Part shown: positions 11,232 through 19,695 of the stretch, piece by piece
Layout: each line of letters opens with the position of its first letter
How positions within the stretch are numbered: the first letter of the stretch is position 1
Notes under the pieces: model-generated
What the model saw: the letters and a program-made list of their open reading frames with translations, nothing else
Told to the model about the DNA's origin: nothing
The model's database searches: none
Assembly: GCA_030602265.1 (NCBI GenBank)
Contig: JAUWAB010000012.1
Location: 5,923 to 69,922, forward strand
Direction of reading: 5' to 3'
Length of the DNA stretch: 64,000 bases
Source of the DNA: Prolixibacteraceae bacterium
Lineage (GTDB): Bacteria > Bacteroidota > Bacteroidia > Bacteroidales > Prolixibacteraceae
Made by a program: the position numbers and the translations under genes

Positions 11232-11771
11232 TTAACACAATTGTTTCCTTACATTCTCCAGGATGTTTTCAAAATCCTTATGTAACCGGGCATCCAAAAT
11301 ACCCCTTTCCTCTGAAAAATTTTCAAAAAACACGGGTAATGAAAATTGACCGGCAATTTCGGCACCATGTTTCGGAAATCTTCTTACAGCACTTTCCAGG
11401 ACCAGTTTACCCCCTCCCTGGCCTGTGGAAGTGGATAACAGCAACAACTTTTTCCCTTCAAACAATTTGACTTTAAGACGTGAAGCCCAGTCAAACGTAT
11501 TTTTGAAGGCGGCGGTATAACTGCCGTTGTGCTCAGCCAGTGAAATAATGATCAGGTCAGCAGGTTGCAGTTTTGCGAAAAACCCGTGCACCATTTGAGG
11601 GATACCCTCTTCCTTTTCTTCATCCACGGAAAAAAGAGGTGCAATAAAATCATTGAAGTCCAATACCTCAACCGAGGCATGTTCAAACCGGGATGCAGCG
11701 TAGGCTGCAAATTTTTTATTGATGGATGCTTTACTGCTTGAGGCACCAAAAGCTACAATATTCATCTCCAT
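11232..11771 (-). CDS. NAD(P)H-dependent FMN reductase family oxidoreductase.
   Basis: 179-aa ORF. The N-terminus NIVAFGASSSKASINKKFA and the later SLAEHNGSYTAAFKNTFDW fit the flavodoxin-like FMN reductase pattern. Confidence 0.75.
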   Translation of the reverse strand: MEMNIVAFGASSSKASINKKFAAYAASRFEHASVEVLDFNDFIAPLFSVDEEKEEGIPQMVHGFFAKLQPADLIIISLAEHNGSYTAAFKNTFDWASRLKVKLFEGKKLLLLSTSTGQGGGKLVLESAVRRFPKHGAEIAGQFSLPVFFENFSEERGILDARLHKDFENILENVRKQLC

Positions 11772-11903
11772 TTTTTTTTCACATGGGAATGTCGTAAATT
11801 TATTAGTTAAATCAATTAAAACAAGTACGTTATGAAATGTTTTCTCACCTGCCAGTAATGGTCTTGGATCATCAGCCGGATAATCCGGAATCAGGAAAAG
11901 ATT

Positions 11904-13016
11904 TTACTCCTTATAGCTTTTGTAGATGGCCCTTTCAAACGCCTCCCAATGCGCTGGGGTCATCCGCTCCGGGGTAAACAGGCAGATGCCTGCCGCTCCG
12001 TTGGCCATTGATTCCCTGATGGCCTCTTCAATTTCTTCGGGGAGCAGTCCATGCCCCTCAGGATCCTTTTCCTCGGTCTTTTTGGCAGGATCCGGACAAA
12101 TGAACAATCCGCTGTATACCGGTTTACCATAGTTCAGGGAAGCTACCGACTCCCTGGTCATCTCCCCTATCCAGGCCGTGCCCTCCAGGTAAAAATCGTT
12201 GTAGTTCATGGGCAGAAAGGCATCCAGGTTCCACTTGTCCCATTCCTGACGCACGATCTTTTTCGCAACCGAATGGGGCCCGGGGAAAACGGCAGCCGTA
12301 ATCTGCTTATCTTTCGAATGGACAACCTCAACCAGATGGTTCACCAGGCCGGTAATCAGGTCATAACGAAATTGTTTCCATTCTTCGACCTGTGAAGGAT
12401 CATCCACGGACAAAATATCGATGCCGCTTTTTTCCTTAAAATCGGCCACGCACTTGTCGCAGTAACAATAATCGTATTCCGGATATTCACGGTCCATGAC
12501 CAGACCGTATTTATCCCACAAACCGCGGGCAAGGATGACATCGGGAAAACGAATATAGTCGAGATGGATGCCATCCACCTCAGGAACTTCGGCTACCGCT
12601 CCGTACAACCCGGAAAGAAACTCCGACACCTCGGGCTGGTTAGGGCACAGGAAAGTGTAATAGCCCACATAAGCCGGTTTATCCAGCGCGGATTCCCGGT
12701 TGCCGTTCAAGGCCCAGGCACTGGAATCGAGCCCTATAGAGGGACTCTGAACCATAGTGGGAATCCATGTATGGAACTCCAGTCCGGCCTCTTTGGCAAT
12801 TTTTCCAACACGCCGGTATACCTCAGGATCATGGCCACCGTTATACATCAGTCCGTCGATACCCTTATCCCGGTAACCGGAAAACCGCTCCATCAATTCC
12901 TGGTCGGTCATTTTGCCCGGTCCGCCGGTCCATGCATATACTTTAATTTTTTCCACCTGAGGTGGTTTGCACGAAAAAAGGGAAAACAACAGCGCAACAA
13001 TAATAAGTCTCTTCAT
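11904..13016 (-). CDS. Lipoprotein of the glycoside-hydrolase-like family 10 (GHL10/DUF187-like).
   Basis: The signal ends in a lipobox-like LFSC. The motifs GIDGLMYNGG, GLEFHTWIP and DGIHLDYIRFPD match what I recall of GHL10 TIM-barrel proteins. Confidence 0.65.
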   Translation of the reverse strand: MKRLIIVALLFSLFSCKPPQVEKIKVYAWTGGPGKMTDQELMERFSGYRDKGIDGLMYNGGHDPEVYRRVGKIAKEAGLEFHTWIPTMVQSPSIGLDSSAWALNGNRESALDKPAYVGYYTFLCPNQPEVSEFLSGLYGAVAEVPEVDGIHLDYIRFPDVILARGLWDKYGLVMDREYPEYDYCYCDKCVADFKEKSGIDILSVDDPSQVEEWKQFRYDLITGLVNHLVEVVHSKDKQITAAVFPGPHSVAKKIVRQEWDKWNLDAFLPMNYNDFYLEGTAWIGEMTRESVASLNYGKPVYSGLFICPDPAKKTEEKDPEGHGLLPEEIEEAIRESMANGAAGICLFTPERMTPAHWEAFERAIYKSYKE

Positions 13017-13256
13017 GATCTTCCGGATTAAATATTTTCAGTTCTAATGATTGATACGGGCCAAAGTTATATTAAAAAGTTCCGTAAACTGCCATCAGGT
13101 CCAAAATTCCGGCCGGAAACAGTGGCATGAATGGCCGTAACATATACCGGCAAACAGGATGTGAGGTTCTTATACGACGAAAAAACATCTGCCTGAAAAT
13201 TGCCGCTCAAAAGGCAACCTTTAAGCCGGGAAGTTCGTCATGTAAGAAAAACAACT

Positions 13257-13691
13257 ATGAAATACCTCTTGTGTATATTTTGGGCTTTGTCCATTTCCGC
13301 CTTATTCGTAAGCTGTGACCAGGAGAAGGATGTCAATATGCTTACGGAATGTGATGACATGGTCCTGGTCGACAAAAAAGCCTGGGCGGATGCCCCCAAT
13401 GACCACCTTACCATCCAAAGCGCTGAAATTACCGGCAACTGCCTGAAAATTACCTTCGCCTCCAGCGGATGCGATGGCAGAAACTGGGAAGTCAAACTGA
13501 TAGACTCCGGAACGATACTCTATTCAAACCCTCCACAACGAAATCTCAGACTTTCCTTGAAAAACATTGAAATGTGCGAGGCTTATATCGGGAAAACCCT
13601 CAGCTTCGACATCAGGGAATTGCAGGTAAGCAGCAATAAAGTACTGCTTAACCTGACCAATTCAGGGAAGCAGATCCTGTATCAATACTGA
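13257..13691 (+). CDS. Hypothetical lipoprotein.
   Basis: The in-frame ATG at 13257 gives MKYLLCIFWALSISALFVSC (lipobox). The track start at 13200 is a TTG with a non-signal extension. I recognise no family. Confidence 0.55.
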   Translation: MKYLLCIFWALSISALFVSCDQEKDVNMLTECDDMVLVDKKAWADAPNDHLTIQSAEITGNCLKITFASSGCDGRNWEVKLIDSGTILYSNPPQRNLRLSLKNIEMCEAYIGKTLSFDIRELQVSSNKVLLNLTNSGKQILYQY

Positions 13692-13772
13692 ATTCTCCGG
13701 CAAAAATTTTTCCGTGGATAGAAAAAGCAGCCGATTATCCTTTACCCGAACGCACTTCCCCCTTTATTACCG

Positions 13773-15929
13773 TCAGCTTTTATTGCTCTCCTGATAGTGA
13801 TAAATATTTCCGGATTCGGGTACCGGCCGCTCCCCGATAATATACAGGGCATCTGCAGCTTCAGCCAGGTGGGGCCTGTGGGTAATCAGCATGATGGCCA
13901 TCTCCCCTTTCAGTTTCCGGAGCAACTCAATGACAAATGTTTCTGTACGTTGGTCCATAGCCGCAGTTGCCTCATCAAGCAGTAAAAGCCTCGGCTTCCT
14001 GTACAATGCCCTGGCGAGGGCAATGAGCTGGCGTTGTCCGCCCGACAGGTTGCCGCTGCATTCACTGACCAGGGTGGCATAACCCTGCGGCAGTTCCTGA
14101 ATGAATTCATGAAATCCCAATTGTTTGCAGAACAAAATCACCTTATCCTGATCCGCCTCTTCACCAATGGCAATATTTTCCAGGATGGTAGCATTGAAAA
14201 GGCTGACATGCTGTGGCACCCAGCCGACCAGACTCCGCCATTCCTTCGTATGAATTATGCTCCAGTCAAGACCGTTAAGGGTAATCGAACCTTTTTCAGG
14301 CTGATGAAACCTCAGCAGGATATCAAACAGGGTGCTTTTCCCACTTCCCACCGCTCCGGAAATGGCCAGAATCCTGCCTGTCGCTGCTTCCAGGTTAATG
14401 TTATGGAGCAGAAGGCGCTTCCCGGGGAATCTGAAACAAAGACCTTTTACCGACAGTCTGAAATCAACTTCCCGACTGAGCTCCATGGGAACGAATGGCT
14501 GGGCAGGATCATATTCAGGATCGACCGATGAAAACTCAAACATCCTGTCAAAGGCAATTCTGGCCTCCTGGAACTGTATGGCCGCCATGGCGATCCCGAT
14601 GGCAGATGTACCCAATGATCCGGCAATGGTAATGATGGCCATCATCTGGCCGATCATCATCTTTCCCTCAAAAACCTGCCAGGTTACCCATGCAATAACC
14701 ATAACCATCCATACTGAACTGCCAAGAGAAGTCCAGAAACTAAACCTTGCCGTGACCAGTCCAAGCTGGTAAACACATTGCATATAGGCACCATAAACGG
14801 CTTTGGCAATCCGTGAAAACAGATTTTCATTATTAAATGATTTAATGGCCTTAATGCCCTGCAAGGTATCGATGAACCTGCTTTCAGAGGATGCATAAGA
14901 TTGCATGACCTCCCGTTGCGATTGGATGATCTTCTGGTTGTAAAACCAGGTAACCACTCCAAAAACCGGGATAACCATTAGGCTGATCAGGCCGGTGGTG
15001 ACGGAAACGACAGCAATGTATACCCATGAGGTGATGACAATCAGCAGATCGATGACCACCTGGCTGCTCAGGGCTACCACTACCCTTTGTATACGCTGTG
15101 TATCGTTGAGACGGGCGATCAGGTCACCGGTAGTGGTACTGTCGAAGAAAGGTTTCGGAAGGGTAAGGAGTTTACCGAAGAAAACGTCCGTTATCCGGAT
15201 ATTCATATCTTTAGCTGTCCGGATGAGGAAGGCAGTCCGGATATACGACACAACCGCCCTGGCCACCAGGACCAGGCATAAGATGGCCAGTCCGGGCACA
15301 AGTTTGTCATGGTATCTTCCGGGGATAAACTCATCCAACAGTTTTTGGGTGAAGATGGCAGTGGCAAGCCCCAGCACGGAGATGACAAGCCCAATCACAG
15401 CAGCAATGGCCAGTACCGGGAGGTCAGGCCTGATCAGCCCCATAAACCATTCACGCTTTCGCTTCGCTTCAGCCTTGCTGGTTTTGAATTCAGGACCCGG
15501 GACCAACTTCAGAAGGGCTTTACTTTTCCATAAGTCATCCAGCTCACTTTCAGGAATTTTCACTACACCCCGGGCCGGATCGCCAATGAGGAATTTTCCG
15601 CCGGAAAAACCGTAGCACACTACAAAATGCTCCAGTCCTTCGGGTGTTACGGTATGCAGGATCACGGGCTCGTTTAATTCCTTCAGGTTGCCGGGTCCCC
15701 CCTCATAGCCACCCGCATCGAATCCCAGGCTGCGGGCAGCCTGACAAAGGCCCAGCATACTGGTACCATTAAGGGTGGTGCCGCTCATCGACTGCAGTTT
15801 CTGCTGGCTGACAGATCCGCCATGATAACGGATAATGGAAGCCAGACAGGCGAGTCCACAATAGAAGCGGCTGTGCTGACGGACAAAAGTTTTCCTGATT
15901 TTTTTTGATTCGAGCCTGGTTTTCGACAT
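13773..15929 (-). CDS. C39-peptidase-domain ABC exporter (double-glycine bacteriocin cleavage/export).
   Basis: The N-terminal papain-like domain carries QHSRFYCGLACL (Gln/Cys), EHFVVC (His) and IGDPARG (Asp). It is followed by a six-helix exporter TMD, Walker A GAVGSGKST, signature LSGGQRQ and Walker B LLLLDEAT. I take the ATG at 15929 (MSKTRLESKK) as the start. Confidence 0.95.
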   Translation of the reverse strand: MSKTRLESKKIRKTFVRQHSRFYCGLACLASIIRYHGGSVSQQKLQSMSGTTLNGTSMLGLCQAARSLGFDAGGYEGGPGNLKELNEPVILHTVTPEGLEHFVVCYGFSGGKFLIGDPARGVVKIPESELDDLWKSKALLKLVPGPEFKTSKAEAKRKREWFMGLIRPDLPVLAIAAVIGLVISVLGLATAIFTQKLLDEFIPGRYHDKLVPGLAILCLVLVARAVVSYIRTAFLIRTAKDMNIRITDVFFGKLLTLPKPFFDSTTTGDLIARLNDTQRIQRVVVALSSQVVIDLLIVITSWVYIAVVSVTTGLISLMVIPVFGVVTWFYNQKIIQSQREVMQSYASSESRFIDTLQGIKAIKSFNNENLFSRIAKAVYGAYMQCVYQLGLVTARFSFWTSLGSSVWMVMVIAWVTWQVFEGKMMIGQMMAIITIAGSLGTSAIGIAMAAIQFQEARIAFDRMFEFSSVDPEYDPAQPFVPMELSREVDFRLSVKGLCFRFPGKRLLLHNINLEAATGRILAISGAVGSGKSTLFDILLRFHQPEKGSITLNGLDWSIIHTKEWRSLVGWVPQHVSLFNATILENIAIGEEADQDKVILFCKQLGFHEFIQELPQGYATLVSECSGNLSGGQRQLIALARALYRKPRLLLLDEATAAMDQRTETFVIELLRKLKGEMAIMLITHRPHLAEAADALYIIGERPVPESGNIYHYQESNKS

Positions 15930-15993
15930 AATTAACGGGGGTTTAAGGGTTAACAAAATGAGGCTGATGACCAATTTGGGGAGTGAAAACGTT

Positions 15994-16200
15994 TTACTTT
16001 CCGGAGAAATCTGGAACCTTCAAAGGAAACTGGTAACTGGCAGTACGGTTCAAAGGACCTGCCCGGATCAGGATGGAGTCCTTATCCGGAGTTATCCGGG
16101 TAACATCCGACTTAACGATGGTACCCCGGTCACTTCCGCCGTGCTGGCCGGATATCAGGCCAGCAAGCCATAGTCCGGCAATAAAAAAGATACGCGTCAT
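15994..16200 (-). CDS. Small exported protein of unknown function.
   Basis: The ATG at 16200 lies 2 nt after the stop of the thioredoxin gene. The N-terminus MTRIFFIAGLWLAGLISG looks like a signal or anchor. I recognise no family. Confidence 0.45.
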   Translation of the reverse strand: MTRIFFIAGLWLAGLISGQHGGSDRGTIVKSDVTRITPDKDSILIRAGPLNRTASYQFPLKVPDFSGK

Positions 16201-16202
16201 AA

Positions 16203-16775
16203 TCAAGGGTTTGAGGGGTTATTTATTTCAGATTCGGAAGGTATTTCTGCTGACTTCCTCATCAGCAGATTCAGGATATTCTCGGGATGAGTCTCACCCA
16301 AAAAATGTCCGGCTAATTTTTGGTCAGTTCCATAAATGTATACGGAAGGCAGGATTGCCCTTCCGAAAGTTTCCCTGAAGGTCTTATGTTGGTCTAACAG
16401 GAACTGAATATTATCGATCTCGTGCAAATGATACTCGTTAACAAACTGTTCCACACGCTGAAAGGAATCATCGGGGGTTACCATGACCACCTGAATCCCG
16501 GCAAACTCAGCAGCATAGGAAGCCATATAGCCTGCCCCGGACCGGCAATAGTCACATTCAGGATGAAAATACTTAACAATCATTGGCCGGGAGTGATCAA
16601 AACTCCTGAGATTAACCGGATCGCCATACAAGGAAGGGAAGGAGACATCGGGAATGGTCTGAATGCGGATTTCCGCGTTCCGCCGCGCGGCATACCCCTT
16701 CATTACCTTAATGGATAAATATGCGGCACAAGTCAGCACAAGCAATCCAATAATGAGTTTTCTAATTCCGTACAT
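16203..16775 (-). CDS. Membrane-anchored thioredoxin-fold thiol-disulfide oxidoreductase (TlpA/redoxin-like).
   Basis: It has an N-terminal TM segment (LIIGLLVLTCAAYLSI) and a thioredoxin-like domain with the CxxC motif in KYFHPECDYCRS. Confidence 0.8.
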   Translation of the reverse strand: MYGIRKLIIGLLVLTCAAYLSIKVMKGYAARRNAEIRIQTIPDVSFPSLYGDPVNLRSFDHSRPMIVKYFHPECDYCRSGAGYMASYAAEFAGIQVVMVTPDDSFQRVEQFVNEYHLHEIDNIQFLLDQHKTFRETFGRAILPSVYIYGTDQKLAGHFLGETHPENILNLLMRKSAEIPSESEINNPSNP

Positions 16776-16780
16776 GGCAC

Positions 16781-17425
16781 TCAGTTTAGACTCAGGTTAA
16801 TAAACAATACCACAAGAACCCAGAGGAGGAGGCCACTGCCATAGGAAATACCGGTCAGCCGGAACGCCTTTCCGAAGCTCAGGGGCCTTTCAGAGGATTC
16901 CTGGTTTACAAGATCCCGGATCAACCAGGCCAGCACAAGAAAATAGCCCAGTTCGAAAAGATTCAGCAGGCTCAGCGGGTAGACCAACAAGGTGTCGAAA
17001 GATTCCCCGGGGAAGAACTCCAAAACCGATAAAGGCTGAAACTGAAGGTCGTGAAGGGTGCTTACCTCCCTGAAAAAAATAAGGATGATCAGTTTAGCGA
17101 GGGCAGAGAGAACGAATACAAAATCAGCCAGCAAGGCAATTTTGAAGATCCGGCTAAACCGGGCAGGCAGATCAGCAAAAAACAATCCGGTGTATAAACA
17201 AATCGCTGTAAAAGAAACACGGAACAAAACAAACACCGGGAAAGATGCATAGCCAACCCACCTCATTTTTTGTGATGTTTCAATAATCCTTTCAATCTGG
17301 GAATGCGATACCTGCTCCTCGAAGGAAGAATAAAAAATATGGTCTCCAAAATATAAATATTGCATGGAGGACTGAATCAATGTATAAAAGAATACAATAA
17401 TGAGGAATAGTTTATAGGTTTTCAA
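16781..17425 (-). CDS. Polytopic membrane protein (about 5 TM), family not recognised.
   Basis: 214-aa hydrophobic ORF. It starts at a TTG whose product begins with a TM-like MKTYKLFLIIVFFYTLIQ. The next ATG would be at 17365. It lies 5 nt upstream of the thioredoxin gene. Confidence 0.55.
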   Translation of the reverse strand: MKTYKLFLIIVFFYTLIQSSMQYLYFGDHIFYSSFEEQVSHSQIERIIETSQKMRWVGYASFPVFVLFRVSFTAICLYTGLFFADLPARFSRIFKIALLADFVFVLSALAKLIILIFFREVSTLHDLQFQPLSVLEFFPGESFDTLLVYPLSLLNLFELGYFLVLAWLIRDLVNQESSERPLSFGKAFRLTGISYGSGLLLWVLVVLFINLSLN

Positions 17426-17451
17426 TTGATTTGGGGATTTTTAGATTGCTA

Positions 17452-17700
17452 TTACTTTTTCAGGTACAATTCCTTAAACCACTTTACCTGGCCATATCCA
17501 AGAAATAACTTCCATCGGTCATTCCTTTTGATAACACCTTTCCTGATAAGCCTTCCGCCATCCAGGAGCGGTCGGTACACAAAAGCAAATACCAGGAGCG
17601 AAATGAAAAACCAGCGGTTTAAGCCCAAATATAGAAGCGTGATCATCAGAAATAAGGGCAATACAATTGCCAATAAATAATATGTAATCAGATTTTTCAT
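17452..17700 (-). CDS. Small 2-TM membrane protein with a basic tail (immunity-like).
   Basis: 82-aa ORF with an ATG start. It has two hydrophobic helices followed by a Lys/Arg-rich C-terminus. Confidence 0.5.
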   Translation of the reverse strand: MKNLITYYLLAIVLPLFLMITLLYLGLNRWFFISLLVFAFVYRPLLDGGRLIRKGVIKRNDRWKLFLGYGQVKWFKELYLKK

Positions 17701-17743
17701 AAGAATAACGTTATTTATTTTTAATGGCTTAGCGTGTAAATGG

Positions 17744-17914
17744 TCACTTATTCTTCTTTAACTTAAATTGTAGCCAGGTCAGCAATGCCAGAATGGTAAA
17801 GTTGATTCCTATGATCAATTGAAACCACTCATACTTTAACTGGACAAATCTTATGAAGAAAAATACAGCAGCGATAAGTTCAAGGGTGCTTATTATCAGT
17901 ATTACTTTTTTCAT
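17744..17914 (-). CDS. Small 2-TM membrane protein, 56 aa (below the ORF-track cutoff).
   Basis: My own translation is MKKVILIISTLELIAAVFFFIRFVQLKYEWFQLIIGINFTILALLTWLQFKLKKNK followed by a stop. It has the same size, topology and basic tail as its neighbours and fills the otherwise empty 17701-17957 gap. Confidence 0.45.
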   Translation of the reverse strand: MKKVILIISTLELIAAVFFFIRFVQLKYEWFQLIIGINFTILALLTWLQFKLKKNK

Positions 17915-17957
17915 AAACTAGATCATAGTAAAAAGCGAATTCAATAATAACATGGTA

Positions 17958-18143
17958 TCATGAGCCATTTATATTGTTTCTCCTTATCCGGATTGCCCTT
18001 AGGAAAAACATTACGGAACATACTATAATAAGAAATGCCATAAGCCACTCATGGTATAGTACTTTGAAATCCAGAAAATAAAGAATGGAAAGAGCTGCCA
18101 TGGCAAGCAATAAGAAATTAAAAATCATGTTAAATGTTCTCAT
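17958..18143 (-). CDS. Small 2-TM membrane protein (immunity-like).
   Basis: 61-aa ORF with an ATG start. It has two hydrophobic helices and the basic tail RAIRIRRNNINGS. Confidence 0.5.
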   Translation of the reverse strand: MRTFNMIFNFLLLAMAALSILYFLDFKVLYHEWLMAFLIIVCSVMFFLRAIRIRRNNINGS

Positions 18144-18180
18144 AATTAAACTTCTTTACAGTTTTCTATTGCACTGATAT

Positions 18181-18387
18181 TCAATTATTATCCTTTCTTT
18201 TAATGGTACAGGACCGTGATTTCCTGTTTTTGCGAAATAAGAATAAGACAACCGAAGAGATCAATAAAATTCCCAGAATCGATATCACCAATGCGTATGA
18301 CAATGATACGTTTAATAATCTGGGGATAAAAACAAGCATCATGAAAACACCGGCTACGACATGAAATACTGCGATTAAGTTCTTCAT
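18181..18387 (-). CDS. Small 2-TM membrane protein (immunity-like).
   Basis: I take the ATG at 18387 (MKNLIAVFHVVAGVF...) as the start. The track start at 18399 is a GTG. It has two helices and the basic tail FRKNRKSRSCTIKRKDNN. Confidence 0.5.
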   Translation of the reverse strand: MKNLIAVFHVVAGVFMMLVFIPRLLNVSLSYALVISILGILLISSVVLFLFRKNRKSRSCTIKRKDNN

Positions 18388-18482
18388 TTCTTTACTCACA
18401 ATTTAATTTCAATAAAAGCAAGATATTACAGCACCCGCCAACACCTTAAACGAACCACTATAAAACAATACCCATTCTGCAT

Positions 18483-18914
18483 TCATTTCAGGTCTTCCTC
18501 AATTTTAACACCATTTTCCAGAAAATAATCCAGTACATTCCCTTCAAGGTTATCCTCTTTTAATTTCAGACGAACTTTTGAATCCCCGTAAAAGATCCAT
18601 AAAATGAGAAAATTCTTCTTCTTCATATACTTAATCTGGCGTATATCTGACAGTGGAATTTTTTCAGGATACTTATTCCAAAAGAGATGCAAAATAAGAT
18701 AAGCTATCCAGACCAGCGCCATGACGATCCATAAAACAGTCCTTATCTGGTCTTTTAATGAGTCACCCCAAAGCAAATTTACTACTATCAATAACAGAAT
18801 GGCAATAGAAAACAGCCTCCTTTCTCTCCTGAATATGTCAGTGAAATTGAAGAACTGCAAATCATTCTGGTCAGCGACGATTACGCCGTTATTTACTGTT
18901 TTAAATATCCTCAT
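18483..18914 (-). CDS. Membrane protein with a central 2-TM hairpin and soluble flanks, unknown function.
   Basis: The ATG at 18914 gives MRIFKTVNNG. The track start at 18986 is a TTG that overlaps the ABC ATPase gene. The central helices are LFSIAILLLIVVNLLW and VLWIVMALVWIAYLILHLF. Confidence 0.5.
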   Translation of the reverse strand: MRIFKTVNNGVIVADQNDLQFFNFTDIFRRERRLFSIAILLLIVVNLLWGDSLKDQIRTVLWIVMALVWIAYLILHLFWNKYPEKIPLSDIRQIKYMKKKNFLILWIFYGDSKVRLKLKEDNLEGNVLDYFLENGVKIEEDLK

Positions 18915-18975
18915 ATATTTGGGTTTTTTAAAGTGTATGCCACAAAATAATCCTTCATGTATAGATTTAATCGCT

Positions 18976-19695
18976 TTAACTTTCAATATTGAAGTATGTT
19001 TTCAATCGGGATAGCGACTCTGGACTATTCTGAAAATCATCCATGATTCTGCCCGACTCAAAGAGGATCACCCTGCTGCAAATCTGTGAAACAAACTGAA
19101 GATTGTGACTAGAAATAATAATGGTCGCTTTCTGTTTTACAACAGATTCACGAAGGATTCGAACCAGATCGTGTTGTGATGCAGGATCGAGAAAATTAAA
19201 TGGTTCATCCAGAATGATCAGTTCTGTCTTAAAAAGAACTGCACCCAAAATACCCAACTTGTGCTTGTTCCCATCCGAAAGGCTCCTGATAAGCTTACTC
19301 TCTCGTATGATATTAAATGTAACAAACTGCCTCATTCTGTCCAGGCACTCCTCAATAGCCGCTAAAGACAAGCCTCTCATCTGACCCAGCAGACGAATAT
19401 ACTCGCCGGGGGTCAAATAATCAATCAGGAAACTTTCATCGATATAGGCTCCGGTCTTATGTTTCCAGTGATCGGATCGGTGAACATTTTTACCCCTAAA
19501 AAAAACACTACCACTATCTGGAAGTAATAAATCAAGAAGTAATTTCAGAAAAGTAGTTTTACCCGATCCATTGTTACCAACGATACCGATTAACTCATTA
19601 CTGAAGATATCCAGATTCATCTGATCTATGGCAGGAATTCTTCCGTATCTCTTGTTCAGGTTTTTTATTGAAATGAAAGGATCACTTGCACTCAT
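18976..19695 (-). CDS. ABC transporter ATP-binding protein.
   Basis: It carries Walker A GIVGNNGSGKTT, a signature-like LSDGNKHKLG and Walker B LIILDEPF. Its start overlaps the stop of the upstream membrane-protein gene in an ATGA (19692-19695). Confidence 0.93.
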   Translation of the reverse strand: MSASDPFISIKNLNKRYGRIPAIDQMNLDIFSNELIGIVGNNGSGKTTFLKLLLDLLLPDSGSVFFRGKNVHRSDHWKHKTGAYIDESFLIDYLTPGEYIRLLGQMRGLSLAAIEECLDRMRQFVTFNIIRESKLIRSLSDGNKHKLGILGAVLFKTELIILDEPFNFLDPASQHDLVRILRESVVKQKATIIISSHNLQFVSQICSRVILFESGRIMDDFQNSPESLSRLKTYFNIES

